DNA of 20,000 nt from IMG/VR virus record IMGVR_UViG_3300042257_000233; one strand, given 5' to 3'. The notes beneath the pieces were generated by a model. The model saw only the letters and a program-made list of their open reading frames with translations, made no database searches and had not been told where the DNA came from. This DNA comes from an uncultured virus (IMG/VR IMGVR_UViG_3300042257_000233). Its lineage: Duplodnaviria > Heunggongvirae > Uroviricota > Caudoviricetes. Made by a program: the position numbers and the translations under genes. Positions 16,381 through 20,000 of the stretch are shown here, piece after piece; within the stretch, counting starts at the first letter, position 1; each line of letters starts with the position of its first letter.

Positions 16381-17109
16381 ATGAAAAAGCTATTTACAAT
16401 TCTGCTTATCGTATGCCTTGTTGCATCTGTTCACGGCATATCTCGCAACAGGGGATTTCGTGAGTGGATATATAAACTCAAAGTAGACTTTTTAACTGTC
16501 GTTAATGATGTAACGGCTGATATTTTATATGTTTCCGAGATAGGTGATACATCCAAAAATTCAATCGCTACATACAACGAAGAATACTTTGCACAGGCTG
16601 ACCACAATTTCATATTCCCGATTGAATTTTACTACAATGACGGCATCGGCTTCAACTTCGTAGACTCAACCGCCACAGCTGGTGACATTGTTTACTTCAA
16701 CGTCGCTGCCGCTGGCAATAATGGTGTACTACAGGGTAGGGCGATTGCATCAGGAAATGGAACAGTTTTTGCAGATTATGTGTGGGCGAATATACCGGGT
16801 GGCTACGGCACAACGCCAACACGGGTTGGTACCAGTGCTACACCATACACAATGAAGCTGACAGACAACACACTATACGTTGACAGCTCGGGAGGTGCAA
16901 TCACAATCATCATCCCTTCTGACATTATAGCGTTAGATGGAATTGAGTTTACCGTCATGGACATTGGATACAGCGCAAACACAAACAACATTACCGTTCA
17001 AACTGAGGGAACAGAAAAGATTTACAACAGCGCAAGTGACTATGTAATATCTGGAGCCGGTGATTCTGTCACATTCAAAACTGACGGCTCAAACGTTCAC
17101 ATAAAATGA
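16381..17109 (+). CDS. Signal-peptide protein (242 aa) with a C-terminal beta domain resembling phage tail-fibre/baseplate modules
   Basis: AAGGAG RBS and MKKLFTILLIVCLVASVHG signal. The C-terminal pattern VDSSGGAITIIIP...TNNITV...KI...SVTFKTDGSN recalls phage fibre proteins; this part is inference. Confidence 0.65.
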   Translation: MKKLFTILLIVCLVASVHGISRNRGFREWIYKLKVDFLTVVNDVTADILYVSEIGDTSKNSIATYNEEYFAQADHNFIFPIEFYYNDGIGFNFVDSTATAGDIVYFNVAAAGNNGVLQGRAIASGNGTVFADYVWANIPGGYGTTPTRVGTSATPYTMKLTDNTLYVDSSGGAITIIIPSDIIALDGIEFTVMDIGYSANTNNITVQTEGTEKIYNSASDYVISGAGDSVTFKTDGSNVHIK

Positions 17110-17195
17110 AACGGCTAATCCTATTCATTGGCATCCACAATTTTAACAATATCAGACTTCAATCTGGTATTCACAACATAAAGGAGTTGATATGA
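17106..17195 (+). pseudogene. 29-codon mini-ORF / gene remnant, ATGA-coupled at both ends
   Basis: ATG 17106 overlaps the upstream TGA. It reads MKRLILFIGIHNFNNIRLQSGIHNIKELI* and its TGA overlaps ATG 17192. Confidence 0.4.
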
Positions 17196-18325
17196 AAAGA
17201 CTTACGATACTTTTAGCATTGCTTGTGCTGCTTGCGGCTGGCTTTGCCGATGATGCGTTTGGCAAAATCATTGCACGGGCATCGACTGGCGATTTTGTCT
17301 CAACGTGGAAAACGGACAACCCTGGCACGTCTGAGGATAATCAGATTACTTTGCCGCTGGAATCGACAGGTACTTACGATTTTGTCGCTTATTGGGGCGA
17401 TGGCACATTTGACGAGATTACGGCTTATAATGACGCAGCCGTAAAGCATACTTATCCTACTGCTGGAACGTATACCGTGCGAATTATCGGCGAAATTAAC
17501 GGCTGGCGATTCAATAATACTGGTGACAAATCTAAAATTACCGACATCTCCCAGTGGGGTGATTTGCTTATTGGCAATTCTGGTGGCTATTTTTATGGCT
17601 GCAATAATCTTAATGTTACCGCTACAGACGTGCTTGACGTATCATCTGTAACGTCATTCTATTTTGCATTCCGAGACTGCTCATCGCTTACAACCTTAGA
17701 CGTTTCGAGCTGGGATGTCTCATCTGTAACAACATTCGGTTATGCATTCTATAACTGCTCATCGCTTACGACGTTAGACGTCTCGAACTGGGATGTCTCA
17801 TCTGTAACGTCATTCTCTGTTGCATTCTATAACTGCTCATCGCTTACAACCTTAGACGTTTCTGGCTGGAATGTCTCATCTGTAACGACATTCTCTTATG
17901 CATTCGATGGCTGCTCATCGCTTACAACCTTAGACGTTTCGAGCTGGGATGTCTCATCTGTAACGACATTCGCTGTTGCATTCCGTGGCTGCTCATCGCT
18001 TACGACGTTAGACGTCTCGAACTGGGATGTCTCATCTGTAACGTCATTCGCTGTTGCATTCTATGGCTGCTCATCGCTTACCGCCTTAGATGTATCGAGC
18101 TGGCAAATACCTCTTGTGGCAGACATGAACAATATGCTTACTGGCACAACAATCGACAATTATTCAACCGTACTTATCAACTTTGCCGCACAATCACCAG
18201 CATTGCAAGATAGTGTTGTGTGGGGGGCTGGGAGTGCAAACAAGTTTGATTCAACAGCTGTAGCGGCAAAAGCCGTGCTGACGGATACACATTACTGGAC
18301 AATAACTGATGGGGGACTTGAATAA
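17192..18325 (+). CDS. BspA/DUF285-type leucine-rich-repeat surface protein with signal peptide and PKD-like domain (377 aa)
   Basis: Signal MKRLTILLALLVLLAAGFA, PKD-like YWGDG...HTYPTAGTYTVRI, ISQWG cap, and 26-aa repeats WDVSSVT(T/S)FxxAFxxCSSLTTLDVSx ending in WTITDGG. Confidence 0.9.
   Translation: MKRLTILLALLVLLAAGFADDAFGKIIARASTGDFVSTWKTDNPGTSEDNQITLPLESTGTYDFVAYWGDGTFDEITAYNDAAVKHTYPTAGTYTVRIIGEINGWRFNNTGDKSKITDISQWGDLLIGNSGGYFYGCNNLNVTATDVLDVSSVTSFYFAFRDCSSLTTLDVSSWDVSSVTTFGYAFYNCSSLTTLDVSNWDVSSVTSFSVAFYNCSSLTTLDVSGWNVSSVTTFSYAFDGCSSLTTLDVSSWDVSSVTTFAVAFRGCSSLTTLDVSNWDVSSVTSFAVAFYGCSSLTALDVSSWQIPLVADMNNMLTGTTIDNYSTVLINFAAQSPALQDSVVWGAGSANKFDSTAVAAKAVLTDTHYWTITDGGLE
17636..18103 (+). 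repeat. Six tandem 78-nt coding repeats (LRR units)
   Basis: Units start at 17636, 17714, 17792, 17870, 17948 and 18026. Framework blocks tcatctgtaac, gcattc and tgctcatcgcttac are invariant. Confidence 0.97.
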
Positions 18326-18516
18326 TGAAACAGGTAGACAGACGCAATAAAAGCCCAAAATGGGTTGTAGTACACAACGGAGTTGATTATTATCGTCTTA
18401 TTTATGTAGATGCGATGCTGCAAACAGGGCAGCCGTTCGCAGATGAATTTGACACGTTGGATGAAGTGCGCGCCGCATTCGGTGACAAGGTTGAGTATCC
18501 AGATGAACAAGATTGA
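18325..18516 (+). CDS. Hypothetical protein (63 aa)
   Basis: TAATG overlap with the LRR gene stop; acidic C-terminus. Confidence 0.65.
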   Translation: MKQVDRRNKSPKWVVVHNGVDYYRLIYVDAMLQTGQPFADEFDTLDEVRAAFGDKVEYPDEQD

Positions 18517-18775
18517 CCGCAACTTCTGGCTGCACCTGTTCGGTAGCATGGTGCTTGCTGTATTTTTCGGCTTCTGGGCTGTTCTATTCGGGCTGGCACG
18601 GGAATTAATCACTGGTTTTGTGGTTGGCAAGCTCCCTGATAAATGGCAGCAGATAATGTGCAAGCTAACCTTTTGCAATACTGGCTTCAGCTGGTTTGAC
18701 ATGTGGACAAATGGATTCGGCGTCCTGCTTGGTGTAGGGCTTCGCAACGTAATGATAGCGATTTTGTGCGGGTAA
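18503..18775 (+). CDS. Small membrane protein, YfiM/VanZ-like (90 aa)
   Basis: Start reassigned to ATG 18503 (short overlap with the upstream gene). Motif order H...GLARE...GFSWFDMWTNGFG on hydrophobic helices. Confidence 0.6.
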   Translation: MNKIDRNFWLHLFGSMVLAVFFGFWAVLFGLARELITGFVVGKLPDKWQQIMCKLTFCNTGFSWFDMWTNGFGVLLGVGLRNVMIAILCG

Positions 18776-18787
18776 TACTCCCCCGCC

Positions 18788-18812
18788 GGGGCGGCTCGCC
18801 GCCCCTACTTTT
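18788..18812 (+). terminator. Probable intrinsic terminator
   Basis: 7-bp all-GC stem GGGGCGG/CCGCCCC with a CTCG loop, followed by an imperfect U-tract TACTTTT, just after the stop at 18775. Confidence 0.55.
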
Positions 18813-18821
18813 GGGGAATGT

Positions 18822-19133
18822 ATGGAAAATAAAGTTGATGAGGTAGATGTGTTTAACAAATGGCTTAGAATAATTGTATCTATATTTGTAATAGGTTCTG
18901 GATGGGGGGCGTTTGCTATCACCCAGTCTAACAACTCGAATTTAATTAACGGTAACAGTGCTCGCATTAAAGAAAATGTAACGAAAATACAGACGCTTGA
19001 AGACGCCTTGCAGAAATACCTTGCTCAACAGGTAACAAAAGAAGAAATGAAGGAAATCGTTGAAGATGCCATAAGAAACGCTTTAACCGAGTGGGAGCTG
19101 GAAGCTGTTCGTGACGGGAGATTAAATAAATAA
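18822..19133 (+). CDS. Single-pass membrane protein with coiled coil (103 aa)
   Basis: Hydrophobic WLRIIVSIFVIGSGWGAFAI followed by the heptad-like RIKENVTKIQTLEDALQKYL. Confidence 0.65.
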   Translation: MENKVDEVDVFNKWLRIIVSIFVIGSGWGAFAITQSNNSNLINGNSARIKENVTKIQTLEDALQKYLAQQVTKEEMKEIVEDAIRNALTEWELEAVRDGRLNK

Positions 19134-19183
19134 AAAAAGTGCTTGACACGGTTTTTGGTAAACTTGATTTTACACGGTATAGA
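19124..19183 (+). promoter_or_regulatory. Sigma70-like promoter region upstream of the tRNA
   Basis: An A-rich tract precedes TTGACA (19143-19148). An extended -10-like TGGTAAACT lies at 19156-19164. TTGGTA-17nt-TATAGA (19155-19183) ends 6 nt before the tRNA. Which elements are used is unclear. Confidence 0.5.
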
Positions 19184-19189
19184 GTGTGT

Positions 19190-19275
19190 GGCGGGATGGC
19201 AGAGTGGTTTATTGCGCAGAGCTTGAAACTCTGTGTGCGAGAGCACCGCTGGTTCGAATCCAGCTCCCGCTTCCA
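19190..19275 (+). tRNA. tRNA-Ser, anticodon UGA, long variable arm, encoded CCA
   Basis: Acceptor GGCGGGA/TCCCGCT; D arm GCAG...TTGC; anticodon stem CAGAG/CTCTG with loop CT-TGA-AA; variable arm GTGC-GAGA-GCAC; T arm GCTGG-TTCGAAT-CCAGC; 3' end TCCA. Confidence 0.93.
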
Positions 19276-19276
19276 T

Positions 19277-19629
19277 TTTAAAGGAGTGGTGATGAAGTTT
19301 AAGCTATGGATAGCGACTAACGCAGACGGGCGGCAACGTGGTTTTATTGGTATGCCTGTCAGAATAGCGGTAATAAAAGAGTGGTTTACAGAAGGCCCAG
19401 ACTTTCGCACTATAGACTTTGACTTTTATCGTGTTTTACCACAACAAACATGGAGAGATGACCCTGTATTAGTAGAGGTTGACATAAACGTACTACCGGA
19501 AGATACGACTGTGTCACGAGATACATTGTAACAAAAAGCTATAATCATATTAAAATGAACCACATTAAAAAATCATTTGAGTTTAACCCAATTTAAAGGA
19601 GTGGTGATGAAGTTTAAGCTATGGATAGC
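19277..19629 (+). repeat. 38-bp perfect direct repeat (19277-19314 and 19592-19629) covering the RBS and first codons of the two paralogs
   Basis: tttaaaggagtggtgatgaagtttaagctatggatagc occurs twice, offset 315. Confidence 0.95.
19292..19531 (+). CDS. Small hypothetical phage protein, paralog A (79 aa)
   Basis: AAGGAG RBS and ATG 19292; the longer ORF call runs through the tRNA. Reads MKFKLWIATNADG...PQQTWRDDPVLVE. Confidence 0.8.
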   Translation: MKFKLWIATNADGRQRGFIGMPVRIAVIKEWFTEGPDFRTIDFDFYRVLPQQTWRDDPVLVEVDINVLPEDTTVSRDTL

Positions 19630-19822
19630 CACAAATGGTGATGGTGAACAATTAGGATTTATTTATCTACCAATCAGAAATGTATGTTGTAAATTTTGGA
19701 CGTTAGATGAACCTGGAGACTGGTTTAATTCTGCAATAGTTCTGTCTCAGTTTAACCTTCTTCCAGATCAAACGTGGGAAGATGAACCGGTATTGGTGGA
19801 GTTTAGTATAGGCAGCGAATAA
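19607..19822 (+). CDS. Small hypothetical phage protein, paralog B (71 aa)
   Basis: Same RBS and start as paralog A. Reads MKFKLWIATNGDG...PDQTWEDEPVLVE. Confidence 0.8.
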   Translation: MKFKLWIATNGDGEQLGFIYLPIRNVCCKFWTLDEPGDWFNSAIVLSQFNLLPDQTWEDEPVLVEFSIGSE

Positions 19823-19837
19823 ACAAAGGAGGTTTCT

Positions 19838-20000
19838 GTGAAACTTAGCGAAAAAGAAATCGTGGACGAACTTGACAAACGTATTGCAGAGCAGTACGAA
19901 ATAATCGGGCACGGCCATACAGACGGAACGGCAGAAGAAAATGTACGCCGCCGCCTTGCAAAAATCAACGGGCTTGAATATGCGAAATCAAGCCTGCTTG
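19838..20000 (+). CDS. Hypothetical protein, 3'-truncated by the window edge
   Basis: AGGAGG RBS, GTG start, open to the end of the window (MKLSEKEIVDELDKRIAEQYE...). Confidence 0.7.
   Translation, partial: MKLSEKEIVDELDKRIAEQYEIIGHGHTDGTAEENVRRRLAKINGLEYAKSSLL

Noticed and set aside
17636..18103. Tandem repeats as a CRISPR array or as a second target of the TR at 1261-1373
   Set aside because: The units are contiguous in-frame coding repeats with no unique spacers, they show no similarity to the TR, and many adenines are invariant.
19222..19228. tRNA as an opal suppressor or selenocysteine tRNA, implying recoding
   Set aside because: The anticodon is UGA, which reads UCA serine codons, not UCA. 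TAA, TAG and TGA all act as normal stops in this window.
19190..19314. tRNA 3' end as a prophage attachment site
   Set aside because: No integrase is in the window, no duplicated tRNA 3' half exists beyond CCA, and phage-like genes continue on both sides. It cannot be fully excluded without flanking sequence.
207..19968. Minus-strand ORFs in the track (e.g. 3014-3706, 4937-5884, 7892-8752)
   Set aside because: They are antisense shadows of well-supported + strand genes and have no recognisable motifs.

Overview
All convincing genes lie on the + strand and are tightly packed, often with ATGA/TAATG overlaps and AGGAG-type ribosome-binding sites. The content fits the structural/late region of a phage or prophage, with a podovirus-like gene order by inference. 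The window opens with a compact diversity-generating retroelement (DGR): a 5'-truncated C-type-lectin-fold target gene with a variable repeat (VR, 1104-1216), a template repeat only 44 bp downstream (TR, 1261-1373; 22 mismatches, all at TR adenines) and a DGR reverse transcriptase (1485-2540). No avd gene lies in its usual position, but a 96-aa ORF is coupled to the RT stop. Next come small membrane/holin genes, a 527-aa probable ejection protein and a 3181-aa polyvalent protein (two ADP-ribosyltransferase-like domains, an HExxH metallopeptidase-like domain, LPD38-like C-terminus) built from repeat-bounded cassettes, several of them AT-rich. Three signal-peptide genes follow, the last a BspA/DUF285-type LRR protein with six 78-nt repeats that vary mainly at four codons. 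The window ends with small membrane genes, a tRNA-Ser(UGA) and a tandem pair of paralogous small genes. Family assignments come from motif recognition only; no database search was run.
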